Source of the DNA: Candidatus Nanoarchaeia archaeon | GTDB taxonomy: Archaea > Nanobdellota > Nanobdellia > Woesearchaeales > JANQNE01 | DNA length: 64,000 nucleotides | Reading direction: 5' to 3' | Assembly (NCBI GenBank): GCA_028279725.1 | Contig: JANQNE010000004.1 | Location: forward strand, 12,008 to 76,007 | In this document: in pieces, positions 17,363-26,728 of the stretch | Position numbering within the stretch: position 1 is the first letter of the stretch | Layout of the letters: the number at the start of each line of letters is the position of its first letter | The notes under the pieces: model-generated | What the model was told of the DNA's origin: nothing | The model's database searches: none | What the model saw: only the letters and a program-made list of their open reading frames with translations | Position numbers and translations under genes: made by a program

Positions 17363-17824
17363 GTGTCCAGAGTGGCAGATGATGAGATTATACAGGAAAT
17401 TGTTGAGCAAGTAGGCAGTTCTACAAAGAAATGGGGATTTTCTCCAATAATCGGGGAAGCATGGATGCTTCTTTATTTCAAAGGAGAGAAAACACAGGAT
17501 GATATCAAGAATGATCTGGGATGCAGCCTTAGCTCTGTAAGCCAGGCTTTAAGTGTTCTTGAGAGCTTTGGGATGGTGCATGTTTCTGATAAAAAAGGAA
17601 GAAAGAAAGTGTACAGGGCTGAAGAATCATTCAGCAAGATAAAAAGGAAGAAGATGGAAGTTGTGATGAGATTTTACATCAATCCTATGACAGACCTACT
17701 TTCAAGCAGGATAGATGATGTTAGTGATAAAAAAACAAAAGCAAAGGTGAAAGAGCTGAAGAATATGTATTCTAAAGTGGGAATGATGATAAAGCTGATG
17801 CTGAAGGTGCCGTTTGGAAAATGA
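17363..17824 (+). CDS. winged-helix transcriptional regulator (GbsR/MarR-like)
   Basis: 153 aa with a GTG start. wHTH segment QDDIKNDLGCSLSSVSQALSVLESFGMV. ATGA overlap with the ABC ATPase. Confidence 0.6.
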   Translation: MSRVADDEIIQEIVEQVGSSTKKWGFSPIIGEAWMLLYFKGEKTQDDIKNDLGCSLSSVSQALSVLESFGMVHVSDKKGRKKVYRAEESFSKIKRKKMEVVMRFYINPMTDLLSSRIDDVSDKKTKAKVKELKNMYSKVGMMIKLMLKVPFGK

Positions 17825-18579
17825 AAAGAGCGACTATAATAAAACTAAAGAATGTATGGAAGATTTATCAGATGGGAGATGTTGAAGTCAAAGCTTTAAG
17901 AGGACTGGATCTTGAGGTCAAGGACGGGGAGTTTGTATCAGTGATGGGTCCTAGCGGATCCGGAAAGAGCACTGCTGTAAACATGATCGGATGTTTGGAT
18001 ATCCCTACAAAAGGAGCGATATACCTTGATGGAAAAAATATTGCTCATCTTGAGGAATCTGAGCTTGCGCAGATAAGAGGAAGAAGAATAGGATTCATAT
18101 TCCAGCAGTTCAATCTTATCCCTACATTAAGTGCAGTTGAGAACGTAACTTTACCAATGATGTTCCAGAATAAATCAACAGCAGAAGAAAGGAGACAAAG
18201 AGCAGAGAAACTTCTGACGATGGTTGGACTTGGAGACAGACTTTACCATAAGCCGACTGAATTGAGCGGAGGACAGCAGCAGAGAGTTGCTATAGCAAGA
18301 TCTATCGCGAACGATCCTGAAGTAATCTTGGCAGATGAACCTACTGGAAATCTTGATTCTGTGACAGGAAAAGTTGTTATGGATTTTTTAGCAGAGTTGA
18401 ATGAAAAGGAAGATAAGACAATAATCATGGTCACGCACGACAGGTATGTTGCAGAGCATGCTGACAGGATAGAATATCTTAAGGATGGTGTGATTGTAGA
18501 GAGTAAGGAAAAAAGAAAAAGAATGAAAAGAAGATTCCTAAATGGAAGAAATCATAATCTTGAGGTGCGGAAAAATTGA
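17821..18579 (+). CDS. ABC transporter ATP-binding protein (MacB/LolD-like)
   Basis: Walker A GPSGSGKST, signature LSGGQQQRVAIAR, Walker B ILADEPT. The C-terminal ~25 aa run into the left copy of a direct repeat. Confidence 0.9.
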   Translation: MKRATIIKLKNVWKIYQMGDVEVKALRGLDLEVKDGEFVSVMGPSGSGKSTAVNMIGCLDIPTKGAIYLDGKNIAHLEESELAQIRGRRIGFIFQQFNLIPTLSAVENVTLPMMFQNKSTAEERRQRAEKLLTMVGLGDRLYHKPTELSGGQQQRVAIARSIANDPEVILADEPTGNLDSVTGKVVMDFLAELNEKEDKTIIMVTHDRYVAEHADRIEYLKDGVIVESKEKRKRMKRRFLNGRNHNLEVRKN

Positions 18580-18670
18580 AAATTCCGAGAAATGCTAAGC
18601 ATTTCTGGAACAAGAAATTCAAAATGAATTTCTTTGTTTTTTGCACCATCAAAATTATAATCTTGAGGTG
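18549..18670 (+). repeat. ~84-nt hairpin-rich insert flanked by 19-nt direct repeats at an ABC-operon junction
   Basis: AAATCATAATCTTGAGGTG (18549-18567) and AAATTATAATCTTGAGGTG (18652-18670) lie 103 nt apart. The repeat carries the RBS of the downstream gene. Three hairpins lie between, enclosed by GGTGC/GCACC. Confidence 0.55.
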
Positions 18671-18678
18671 AATAAAAA

Positions 18679-19920
18679 ATGAAAAATAAGATTATGTTGA
18701 GTTTGTTTGTTTTGGTGATAATGGGATTAAGCTCGTTATCAGCTTACGGAGCAGGTATAACAGATTTTCCAAATCTGAAGATCTCGTTTGTGAGTCAGAC
18801 ACCTGATCCTGTAGAGCCAGGCAGTATTGTTGAATTGAGATGGACTGTCGAGAACATAGGTTCAGGAGGAGCAGAGGATGTGCAGATAGAATTCCTGCCG
18901 CAATATCCTTTTACGCTTTATAGCGGGGAAGCTATCCAAGATCTAGGAACGATCAACGGAAGGCAGACCGGAGCAAAAGGAGTTGTTGTGTTGTATAAGG
19001 TGAGAGTGGATCAGGATGCAGTTGAAGGGACAAATGAGGTTGAATTAAGGTATAAGAGAAATACTCAACCATGGAATGTTCTTGAGCCTTTTGACATCAA
19101 TATCCAGACTATCGATGCAACTTTAGCAGTCACCTCAGTTAAAGTTGAGCCAGAGACAATAATACCTGGCAAGTCAGGAAAGATAACAATTGAGCTGAAG
19201 AATCTGGCGGACTCTTTATTGAAGGATGTAACTACTAAGCTAGATCTTTCGTCAAGCACTTTGCCATTAGCTCCTTTGAACTCAGTCACAGAGAAAAAGA
19301 TAAAGATGATCAGAGCTGGTGAGACAGTAAAGCAGGAATATGAAGTAACGTCATTAGCTACAGCAGAATCGCAGATATTCAAAGTTCCTCTGGAGCTTTC
19401 TTTCTATGACCATCTTGGGAATAATTATAACAAGAGCGACATAATCGGAGTTAAGGTTGGAGATGTTCCTGACTTAAGTTATTTCTTAGACAGCACAGAT
19501 GTCTATAAGGCAGGAAGTTCAGGTGATGTATCAGTAAAGTTTGTCAACAAAGGAGTCACTGATGTAAAATTCCTTAATGTTGTGCTTAAGCCTACTGATG
19601 ACTATAAGATACTCTCTTCTGAAGAAGAGTATCTGGGAAATGTTGATTCTGATGACTATGAGACAGCTGACTACAAGATATATGTCCAGTCAGGAGCACC
19701 TAAGGAACTGAAGCTTGACATGGAAATAACCTACAGCGATGCAAATAACAACCAGTATGCGATGGAGATTGAACCAGTGCTGAAGCTGTATGATGATAAA
19801 GAAGCAGTTATGGTAGGGTTGACCCAGAAAAGCAATAAAGTAGGGACACTGATAACAATAGTGATAGTTGTCGTAGGAATCATCGCTTACAGAAAGTGGA
19901 AAAAGAGGAAGAAAAAATAA
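18679..19920 (+). CDS. secreted/C-terminally anchored beta-rich protein (COG1361/CARDB-like, S-layer-type)
   Basis: 413 aa with a signal peptide and a C-terminal TM segment plus KKRKKK. Such proteins commonly accompany archaeal MacB/FtsX ABC systems. Confidence 0.55.
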   Translation: MKNKIMLSLFVLVIMGLSSLSAYGAGITDFPNLKISFVSQTPDPVEPGSIVELRWTVENIGSGGAEDVQIEFLPQYPFTLYSGEAIQDLGTINGRQTGAKGVVVLYKVRVDQDAVEGTNEVELRYKRNTQPWNVLEPFDINIQTIDATLAVTSVKVEPETIIPGKSGKITIELKNLADSLLKDVTTKLDLSSSTLPLAPLNSVTEKKIKMIRAGETVKQEYEVTSLATAESQIFKVPLELSFYDHLGNNYNKSDIIGVKVGDVPDLSYFLDSTDVYKAGSSGDVSVKFVNKGVTDVKFLNVVLKPTDDYKILSSEEEYLGNVDSDDYETADYKIYVQSGAPKELKLDMEITYSDANNNQYAMEIEPVLKLYDDKEAVMVGLTQKSNKVGTLITIVIVVVGIIAYRKWKKRKKK

Positions 19921-19938
19921 TTTTCTTTTCTTTTTAAG

Positions 19939-21162
19939 ATGCTATTTGATCAGTTCAGGCTTGCTGTGGACGGCCTGAAAAGAAGGAGACTGAGAAGCTG
20001 GCTGACTATGTTAGGCATATTCATAGGCATAGCAGCTGTTGTTTCTTTAATTGGATTAGGAGAAGGTTTGCGTAATGCGATAACCTCTCAGTTTGATTTT
20101 CTTTCTGCTGATATATTAAGTGTTGAAGCTCAGGGATTGGCTTTAGCAGGTCCTCCTGGAACTGGAACAGCTACGCCTCTGACTGATGATCTTGCTGCGA
20201 AGATAGAGAAGGTCAGCGGTGTTGAAGCTGCTATAAACAGGTATATGGAATCTGGCACTTTAGAGTTTAATGACAGGCAGCAGATAGGGATAGCTATATC
20301 TATGCCGGACGGAGATCATAGGAGGATAATAGAGACTATGCTTAATGTCGAGGCTGAAGATGGCAGGCTGTTGAAGGATGGTGATAAGAGGAAGCTAGTC
20401 CTTGGAAGCAGATTCGGACAGGATGAGATGTTTGGTAAAGGAGTGAAGGCTGGAGATAGAGTATTACTTAGTGGGATAAGCTATGAAGTTGTAGGTATTA
20501 TGAAGAGGAAGGGGAATTTCTTCATGGATGCAGCAGTATTAGCCAATGAAAATGTTATGCTTGATGATTTTGGGGATGATGGAACAGTTGCAATAATTGG
20601 TGTTAAGGTAAAAGATCCTTCTGAGGCAGGAAGGATAAAAGAAGATATTGAAAAATTGCTTAGAAAAGAAAGAGATGTCAAGGAGGGAGAGGAGGATTTC
20701 TCTGTGAGCAGCCCTGAAGCTACTTTAGCTCAGCTGAATTCCACGTTGTTTGCTGTTCAATTGTTTGTGTATATCATTGCGATAATATCTTTATTAGTAG
20801 GTGGTATAGGTATAATGAACACCATGTATACTGCTGTTATAGAGAGGACAAAAGAGATTGGTGTAATGAAATCTATTGGAGCAAAGAACTCTTCTGTCTT
20901 TACTTTATTTTTTATCGAGTCTGGATTGCTTGGAGCTGTTGGCGGTCTGATAGGGATCGCTCTTGGGCTGATATTTGCTTATGGTCTTGCAGCTTTAGGA
21001 AGAGCTGCTTTAGGTGTCGGCCTGATACAGGCCAAGGTCAGTCTTGGGTTGATTATTGGGGCTTTGCTATTTTCGTTTGTGATAGGAACTATAGCAGGAG
21101 TACTTCCTGCACTGCAGGCTTCTAAGCTGCAGCCAGTTGAAGCGTTGAGGTCAGTAAAGTGA
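19939..21162 (+). CDS. ABC transporter permease, MacB/FtsX family
   Basis: 407 aa with the layout TM1, large extracytoplasmic domain, FtsX 3-TM bundle (...MNTMYTAVIERTKEIGVMKSIGA...). Confidence 0.85.
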   Translation: MLFDQFRLAVDGLKRRRLRSWLTMLGIFIGIAAVVSLIGLGEGLRNAITSQFDFLSADILSVEAQGLALAGPPGTGTATPLTDDLAAKIEKVSGVEAAINRYMESGTLEFNDRQQIGIAISMPDGDHRRIIETMLNVEAEDGRLLKDGDKRKLVLGSRFGQDEMFGKGVKAGDRVLLSGISYEVVGIMKRKGNFFMDAAVLANENVMLDDFGDDGTVAIIGVKVKDPSEAGRIKEDIEKLLRKERDVKEGEEDFSVSSPEATLAQLNSTLFAVQLFVYIIAIISLLVGGIGIMNTMYTAVIERTKEIGVMKSIGAKNSSVFTLFFIESGLLGAVGGLIGIALGLIFAYGLAALGRAALGVGLIQAKVSLGLIIGALLFSFVIGTIAGVLPALQASKLQPVEALRSVK

Positions 21163-22370
21163 TTGATGAGATAATGTATTCATTGAGGAATCTTATGCAC
21201 AGGAAGATGCGTAGTTGGCTGACTGTACTTTCTATATTGATCGGAGTTATGGCAATATATGCGATAGTAAGTTTTGGGTTAGGGATACAGAGCTATATGG
21301 ATACTATCGCTGAAGAGGCTGGAACTGACAAGATCTATATCCAGCCTAGGGGGACTGGAGCTCCTGGAACTGATGAGAATTTTTTCATATCTGAAGATGA
21401 AGCTAATTTTGTAAGCAAGATAAAAGGTATTGATAAGACATTAGCATGGTATCTTAAGGCTGGGTTGATAAAGTACAAAGATCAGCAGAAATATTATTTT
21501 CTGGCTGGGATAGATCCTGAGACTGATCAGGAGTTTTTAGACCAGGTGTTTACAGTTACAGTGGATAAAGGAAGACATCTAAAGAAAGGAGAGCTGGATA
21601 AGGTTGTTCTAGGGTATAATTATCAGGTTGATGACAGGGTATTTGAGAAAGGTGTTCAGCTAGGGGATAAGGTAGAGATTAATGATGTGAAGTTTACTGT
21701 TGTCGGATTCTATGAAGAGATAGGAAACCCAAGCGATGACGGGAATATCTATCTGACGTTTGATGCTTTTGAGATGCTTTATCCGGAAACTGAAGGAAAG
21801 TACGGAGCTTTGATAATGAGCACTCTTCCTGGAGAGAATCCAAGCGATATAGCTGACAAGGTTGAAGACAAGTTGAGGAAGTATAAAGGAGAGGATGAAG
21901 GGAAGGAAACTTTTTTTGTGCAGACGTTTGAGGATGCTTTAGAGACTTTTGGAAATGTTATCAATGTTTTGAATGGAATATTAGTTCTGATCGCTCTGAT
22001 ATCTTTGGTTGTTGCGTCTGTAAATATAATGAACACGATGTATACTGCAGTTCTTGAGAGGACAAAAGAGATCGGTGTGATGAAAGCCATAGGTGCGAAG
22101 AACGGAGATATACTTTTTATATTTATATTTGAGTCTGGCTTTTTAGGGGCTGTCGGAGGAGCAATCGGTGTACTGTTCGGTTATCTAATTGCGAGCAGCG
22201 GAGGAAAGGCTGCAGCAGCTGCAGGTTATAGCTCTTTATATCCTATATTTCCCTGGCAACTGACAGCTGCATGTATTGCGTTTGCTTTTTTTGTCGGAGC
22301 GATTGCTGGAGTATTACCTGCAATGCAGGCTGCTAAGCAGAAGCCTGTTGATGCTTTAAGATATGAGTAA
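21159..22370 (+). CDS. ABC transporter permease, MacB/FtsX family (paralog)
   Basis: 403 aa with the same architecture (...MNTMYTAVLERTKEIGVMKAIGA...). ATGA-type overlap with the previous gene. Confidence 0.85.
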   Translation: MIDEIMYSLRNLMHRKMRSWLTVLSILIGVMAIYAIVSFGLGIQSYMDTIAEEAGTDKIYIQPRGTGAPGTDENFFISEDEANFVSKIKGIDKTLAWYLKAGLIKYKDQQKYYFLAGIDPETDQEFLDQVFTVTVDKGRHLKKGELDKVVLGYNYQVDDRVFEKGVQLGDKVEINDVKFTVVGFYEEIGNPSDDGNIYLTFDAFEMLYPETEGKYGALIMSTLPGENPSDIADKVEDKLRKYKGEDEGKETFFVQTFEDALETFGNVINVLNGILVLIALISLVVASVNIMNTMYTAVLERTKEIGVMKAIGAKNGDILFIFIFESGFLGAVGGAIGVLFGYLIASSGGKAAAAAGYSSLYPIFPWQLTAACIAFAFFVGAIAGVLPAMQAAKQKPVDALRYE

Positions 22371-22384
22371 ATGAGGTGAAGAAT

Positions 22385-22525
22385 ATGGGATTTGGAGTTG
22401 ATGGAACTTATTGCGGATGGATCGCTGTAAAGACTGCGGCATTTATCTTAGGAAGCTTTGTGTTTTCATTCATCTTTTGGGGTGTTAAAAGATGGATGGA
22501 TAAGCCAAGGAAGAAAAAGAAGTAA
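22385..22525 (+). CDS. 46-aa single-TM micro-protein (hypothetical)
   Basis: Not in the ORF track. GAGGTGAAG sits 5 nt before the ATG. MGFGVDGTYCGWIAVKTAAFILGSFVFSFIFWGVKRWMDKPRKKKK, at the end of the ABC operon. Confidence 0.45.
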   Translation: MGFGVDGTYCGWIAVKTAAFILGSFVFSFIFWGVKRWMDKPRKKKK

Positions 22526-22579
22526 TACTATTAAAAAGTAGTAACTTTTATATAGGATAACTTTGTTCTAGCTAGTGTT

Positions 22580-23980
22580 ATGGAGGGAGAGATTGAAGCA
22601 GACATAAGTAAGATTCTTTTTGAGTTAAGTGCAGCTCCGCCTATAAAATGCAAGAATCCTATCCCTTTTTCTATGCTGCAGATGTTTGTGAACTCAACAT
22701 TCTACAGTTGGGATGGAGATCCTCTGGAGCTAATGGGGACTTTGGGAAATGCTGACAAGATGTTAGCTAAAGCAAAGGCCAATGATTTTAAGCAGAAATA
22801 TAGTGGAGAAAGAGTTATACATGAGATAGGTCCTGGCAATTTTAATTTTGCAAAAACTTTTGTAGATGAAGTTGGAAGAGATCTTGAATACAGATGCCAT
22901 GATTTTTCTGATTCAGCTTATTCATTTTCTAAAGAAGGACTTAAGCCTTATTCAGATGTTATCAGCTTTAATAAAAGAAATATAAAGCATTTTGCCGATG
23001 AGGTCAAGGATGATCCTATGCATTTAGTGATGGTCGAGATCTTAGATGATACATTCACTGACTTCTATACAAAACAAGATGGAACAGAATATATGTTGTT
23101 TGTTCAGCCGCAGATAAGAGGAGATGCAGTATTTCCCAGCAGAGTCAAAAGAGGGAAGATGCTTGAGGATGAAGGAGATTCTTCTTTAGCTACACAGAAG
23201 ATGATGAAAGGACCTGGACTAGAAAGAGATTATAATGCAAAGGAGATAATCCAGCTTTTGGATGAGAATAATTGGGAGGAGTTAAGGAAAGTTTTCCCTA
23301 CGTTTTTGAAATTTTTGAAATACGAATCAAGAGAGTTTGTGCCAGTTCCTCTTGAGCAGCTGCCTAAACTTTCTTGGGTAGGAATGCCTGATGGTTTTAA
23401 TGACTGTAGGGAGAAGGTCATGGGTTATTTTAGAAAGCAGCTTGATGATATTGAGAATGCGCAGGTCTTACATATTCCTATCGATGGTATAAATCTTTTG
23501 TGGAAATTGAAAGACAGGAAGAAAGTTCATGTTGATATGTTTGATTATGGTTATGCTGATCCTTCTGAAAGAGTTGGATATATGAGCACATATAACGGAC
23601 AGATAACAGCTCCGGTTAATTTTGGATTGTTAAAATATGCTGCTGAGCAGATGGGTTATGATGTTTTACTTGAGAAGAACAGGGATTTTATCAAAAGGAA
23701 TACTGGAAAAGACACAATACCTTTAGGTTATGTGCAGAAAGCGATATCTCATTGGGGCTGGGATATGGATAAGGTTAAGGAAGTTTTTTCAAGGACTTTT
23801 GAGAAAGCTGTCAAGATGCTTGATCCAGATGCAGACTGTTCTAAGGAGAATATAATCAGTTATAGGATCCCAAGGGAGGAATTTGAAAAGTTTATGAAAG
23901 TTGCAATCGATAGGGGAGCTGTTCCTGAAGGATATAAGTTATCAGAAGGAAGCTATCATATGGCTGTTTCTAAAGGTTAG
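22580..23980 (+). CDS. hypothetical protein, possibly a MidA/DUF185-like SAM-dependent methyltransferase
   Basis: 466 aa. VIHEIGPGNFNFAKTF resembles SAM motif I, and VMVEILDDTFTDF resembles the MidA ANELxDAxP motif. The family call is tentative. Confidence 0.35.
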   Translation: MEGEIEADISKILFELSAAPPIKCKNPIPFSMLQMFVNSTFYSWDGDPLELMGTLGNADKMLAKAKANDFKQKYSGERVIHEIGPGNFNFAKTFVDEVGRDLEYRCHDFSDSAYSFSKEGLKPYSDVISFNKRNIKHFADEVKDDPMHLVMVEILDDTFTDFYTKQDGTEYMLFVQPQIRGDAVFPSRVKRGKMLEDEGDSSLATQKMMKGPGLERDYNAKEIIQLLDENNWEELRKVFPTFLKFLKYESREFVPVPLEQLPKLSWVGMPDGFNDCREKVMGYFRKQLDDIENAQVLHIPIDGINLLWKLKDRKKVHVDMFDYGYADPSERVGYMSTYNGQITAPVNFGLLKYAAEQMGYDVLLEKNRDFIKRNTGKDTIPLGYVQKAISHWGWDMDKVKEVFSRTFEKAVKMLDPDADCSKENIISYRIPREEFEKFMKVAIDRGAVPEGYKLSEGSYHMAVSKG

Positions 23981-24010
23981 ATTTAAATAATCATTATTGT
24001 TTTTTTATTT

Positions 24011-24724
24011 ATGGATCTAAAGAAGATTGTTTCTGGAGTTAGAGAAGATCTGAAAGCAAATGTTACTGAGCATTATAGGGTAGGTTCTATGCGTTTTTTT
24101 AAGGAAACGATAAGGCCCTATGGTGTGTATATTCCGAAGGTTAGGAGGATATCTGATAAGTACTATAAATCATATAAGGATGAGCTGACTATCGATGATT
24201 GTTTTAAGCTGACTGAGAAGTTTTTTGAGGATGGTTGGTTTGAAGAGCCGATAGTTGGGATGCAGATGCTTTCTAAGTTCAAGAAAGAGTTTGATGTTAA
24301 AGTTTTTAGAAGGTTTGAGAAGTGGCTGAATAAGTATATTTCAAATTGGGCTCATTGTGATCTTTTGTGTACAGCTTTAGTGTATCCTATTGTTATCGAT
24401 AATCCTTCTTTGATGAAAGTTTTGCATAAATGGACAAAGTCTTCTAACAGATGGGTTGTTCGTGCTGCAGCTGTAACTTTAGTGGTTCCTGCGAAGAAAG
24501 GGTTATTTAAGAAAGACTGTTTAATTATTGCGAAGAAGCTGAAGACAAGTGATGATGATCTGGTTTTAAAGGGAACTGGCTGGATGTTGAGAGAATTAGC
24601 AAAGAATTACAGGAAAGAAGTGTATAATTTTCTTATGAAAGAGAAGAAAAATATGGGAAGAGTTATGTTAAGGTATGCTATCGAGCATTTTTCTGATCCT
24701 ATGAAGAAGAAAGTTATGGCTTAG
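24011..24724 (+). CDS. DNA alkylation repair protein (AlkD/AlkC-like HEAT-repeat glycosylase family)
   Basis: 237 aa with YGVYIPKVRRISDKY, WAHCDLLC and NRWVVRAAAVTLV, characteristic of this family. Confidence 0.7.
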   Translation: MDLKKIVSGVREDLKANVTEHYRVGSMRFFKETIRPYGVYIPKVRRISDKYYKSYKDELTIDDCFKLTEKFFEDGWFEEPIVGMQMLSKFKKEFDVKVFRRFEKWLNKYISNWAHCDLLCTALVYPIVIDNPSLMKVLHKWTKSSNRWVVRAAAVTLVVPAKKGLFKKDCLIIAKKLKTSDDDLVLKGTGWMLRELAKNYRKEVYNFLMKEKKNMGRVMLRYAIEHFSDPMKKKVMA

Positions 24725-25631
24725 ACATCTGTTTTATGTATCCTTTGATCTTTTCTAATATTTTTGGGTTATCTGTTGTTTTGTTCCAGTCTATGTCCGG
24801 GAGTTTTGTGAGAGAGCCTTTGAAATTTTTGTCTGCTAATTCAACTTGGTGTTCTACTTCTTTTGCTGCTTTTGAGTTGAAGTATTTTATGACTGGGAAT
24901 TTTGTTATGTTAGTTGCTCCTGCTTTAAGAAGTTCTGAAAAGTATTCTGCTTTGTCGTGCCAGGCTCCTGCGATTATGTGTAGGTTTGGGAAGGAATCTC
25001 TTGTAAGTTTTATCCATTCTTTGTAGTAGTCTATGGTTGGTGATTCTTTGAATACTGTTCCTTTGTGAGGATTTAGTGAGTAGAATGTTATTCTTTCAAT
25101 GTTGTGTTTTTTTATGAAAGATTCTAATTTTGGGAAGTCGTTGATTGTTTCTCCGATTCCGATGACGATTGTCATAGCTTTCTTTATGCCATGTTTTGTG
25201 CAGATTTTGAAAGTGTTTTCTATCTCTTCTATTGATTTTGAAGGGCAGACCTTATCATGAACTTCTTTATTTACACATTCAACTGCTCCGCAGAAACCTC
25301 CTATATGTGGTTTTAGTTGTATTAGTTTTTCTTCTGGCAGAACTCCCATGTTGATCCATTGTTTTTGCCCTGTTATGTTATTTATTTCTTTTATGAGTTG
25401 GATAATCTCTTCAAAGTCGAAAGATTCGTATCCGCCTGAGATGAATTCAATCTCCCAGCCAAGGTTTTTGCAGATTATCGCTTCTGCAAGAATAGATTCT
25501 TTTGAGCGTTTTGCTTTTTTCGGATCTTTTATCCTGTCTTTCTGTGTTGACATGTAACAGAACTTGCAGTCTCCTCTGCTGCAATACCAGCTAAGGAAAA
25601 GTGCACGTTCAAAGCATGTTTCTTGTTTCAT
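24714..25631 (-). CDS. radical SAM protein (BioB-like/COG0502-type)
   Basis: Start set to ATG 25631, because the longer track ORF runs across the tRNA. The cluster motif reads CSRGDCKFC (CX4CX2C), followed by GG(Y)E and TIM-barrel-like repeats. Confidence 0.7.
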   Translation of the reverse strand: MKQETCFERALFLSWYCSRGDCKFCYMSTQKDRIKDPKKAKRSKESILAEAIICKNLGWEIEFISGGYESFDFEEIIQLIKEINNITGQKQWINMGVLPEEKLIQLKPHIGGFCGAVECVNKEVHDKVCPSKSIEEIENTFKICTKHGIKKAMTIVIGIGETINDFPKLESFIKKHNIERITFYSLNPHKGTVFKESPTIDYYKEWIKLTRDSFPNLHIIAGAWHDKAEYFSELLKAGATNITKFPVIKYFNSKAAKEVEHQVELADKNFKGSLTKLPDIDWNKTTDNPKILEKIKGYIKQMSKP

Positions 25632-25660
25632 TTTTTGTTGGAAATATTTTTTGTTTAAAA

Positions 25661-25733
25661 AGCCTCTGGTGGGAATTGCACCCACGACCTTCTGCTTACG
25701 AGGCAGACGCAATAGCTACTATGCTACAGAGGC
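25661..25733 (-). tRNA. tRNA-Thr (anticodon CGU)
   Basis: Cloverleaf: acceptor GCCTCTG/CAGAGGC, anticodon stem TCTGC/GCAGA with loop CTCGTAA, T stem GTGGG/CCCAC. No encoded CCA; discriminator is U. The T-loop reads TGCAATT (G at position 55). Confidence 0.85.
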
Positions 25734-25750
25734 ATGATAAAGAGAAAGGA

Positions 25751-25909
25751 TCATTGGAGATTCTTCAAAATCTCCTGTTTCGTCGTGAATTTCTTCTGGC
25801 ACTCAAAACAGACAAGATGCTTTTTTCCTTTTGCATCTTTTACATAGGTGCCTTTAGGCTTTTCTAAGAAAGTGGGTGTAATGTTGCCTTTGCAGATTTC
25901 ACACTTCAT
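25751..25909 (-). CDS. small zinc-ribbon protein (hypothetical)
   Basis: 52 aa from ATG 25909: MKCEICKG...LVCFECQKK (two CxxC pairs). The track ORF extends to GTG 25966. Ends 17 nt before the tRNA. Confidence 0.45.
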   Translation of the reverse strand: MKCEICKGNITPTFLEKPKGTYVKDAKGKKHLVCFECQKKFTTKQEILKNLQ

Positions 25910-25956
25910 TTTGGTTTTGTGAACTAGTGCATCACTTTTTTCTGGGATTTTCCCAG

Positions 25957-26134
25957 AGTTATGCACATGTTATGCTTGTTTTAACGGGGGAATGTTTAAA
26001 AATGTTTTGCTTATCGTTGCATTAATGGTTTTGTGAAGATGTGCATCGGATCTGGTTTTTTGCGTCATGTATGGTATAAAGGCATACTTCTTAATATAGC
26101 CGATTGACAAAAAGGGCATAACTTGTGCATAAGA
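25957..26134. repeat. 19-nt imperfect inverted repeat pair flanking 140 nt
   Basis: AGTTATGCACATGTTATGC (25957-75) against GCATAACTTGTGCATAAGA (26116-34), 16/19 complementary. Each arm contains two TTATGC units. A CTGGGA-TTT-TCCCAG hairpin lies at 25942-56. Confidence 0.4.
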
Positions 26135-26174
26135 TGTTTTGTTTATCTTTGAATTTTAGATTACACCTCTTTAT

Positions 26175-26687
26175 CTATACTTCTATCGAATCATACATAA
26201 AATCCCATTTGTATTCTTCTATGGTTGAAGATGTATTGAAATCTTTGATGTATTTAACAAATCTCCTTCTGACTTTTTGAAGTAGTTCATCTAATTCCTT
26301 GAAGTCTTTAGTGCATGTGCCGATAATGAAGTCCCATTTTCCAGATGTTTTGCTGATCCAACTGATTTTTGGTTCAGATATCAAATAGTTTACAAATTCT
26401 CTCTCTTTATCTTCTTCCATAGCATAAAGAGAGAAAAAAGTATAGCTATACATCGGATTTCCAAGAAGAGCAAAATTCAAGACAGCATGATAAAACCTAA
26501 TAACTCCTAATTTCTCCAATCTCCTAATCCTATACTTCACGCTGTCAGCAGGCATACTCACTTCCTTAGAGATCTTGCTTACAGGCAACCTAGCATTTTT
26601 CTGTAGAACTTCTAAGATCTTCTTATCTTTAGCATCAAGAGATACTCTGTCTCCAAACTTGATTTTTGATAATGTTTTCTTCTCCAT
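26175..26687 (-). CDS. Lrp/AsnC-family transcriptional regulator
   Basis: 170 aa. N-terminal HTH (DKKILEVLQKNARLPVSKISKEVSMPADSVKYRIRRLEKLGVI) plus a C-terminal RAM-like domain. Confidence 0.85.
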   Translation of the reverse strand: MEKKTLSKIKFGDRVSLDAKDKKILEVLQKNARLPVSKISKEVSMPADSVKYRIRRLEKLGVIRFYHAVLNFALLGNPMYSYTFFSLYAMEEDKEREFVNYLISEPKISWISKTSGKWDFIIGTCTKDFKELDELLQKVRRRFVKYIKDFNTSSTIEEYKWDFMYDSIEV

Positions 26688-26728
26688 ATTGGCTATATTG
26701 GTTAAATAATATATAAATCCTTCCTATT

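Noticed and set aside
18565-18647. Three hairpins enclosed by GGTGC/GCACC, considered as a tRNA-like cloverleaf.
   Set aside because: Stem lengths and loop sequences do not fit tRNA. There is no T-loop, D-loop or anticodon architecture.
22546-22562. A 17-nt exact repeat TTTTATATAGGATAACT, also at 63718-63734.
   Set aside because: A single AT-rich, TATA-like 17-mer match is within chance expectation for 64 kb of low-GC DNA. No extended similarity flanks it.
25632-25712. N-terminal extensions of track ORFs: 24714-25712 across the tRNA, 1818-2486 into nop5, 62592-63152 into the idi start, 57415-58017, 6022-6081 and 4580-4594.
   Set aside because: Internal ATGs with an RBS or ATGA coupling give non-overlapping, family-typical protein lengths. 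The extensions overlap other supported features.
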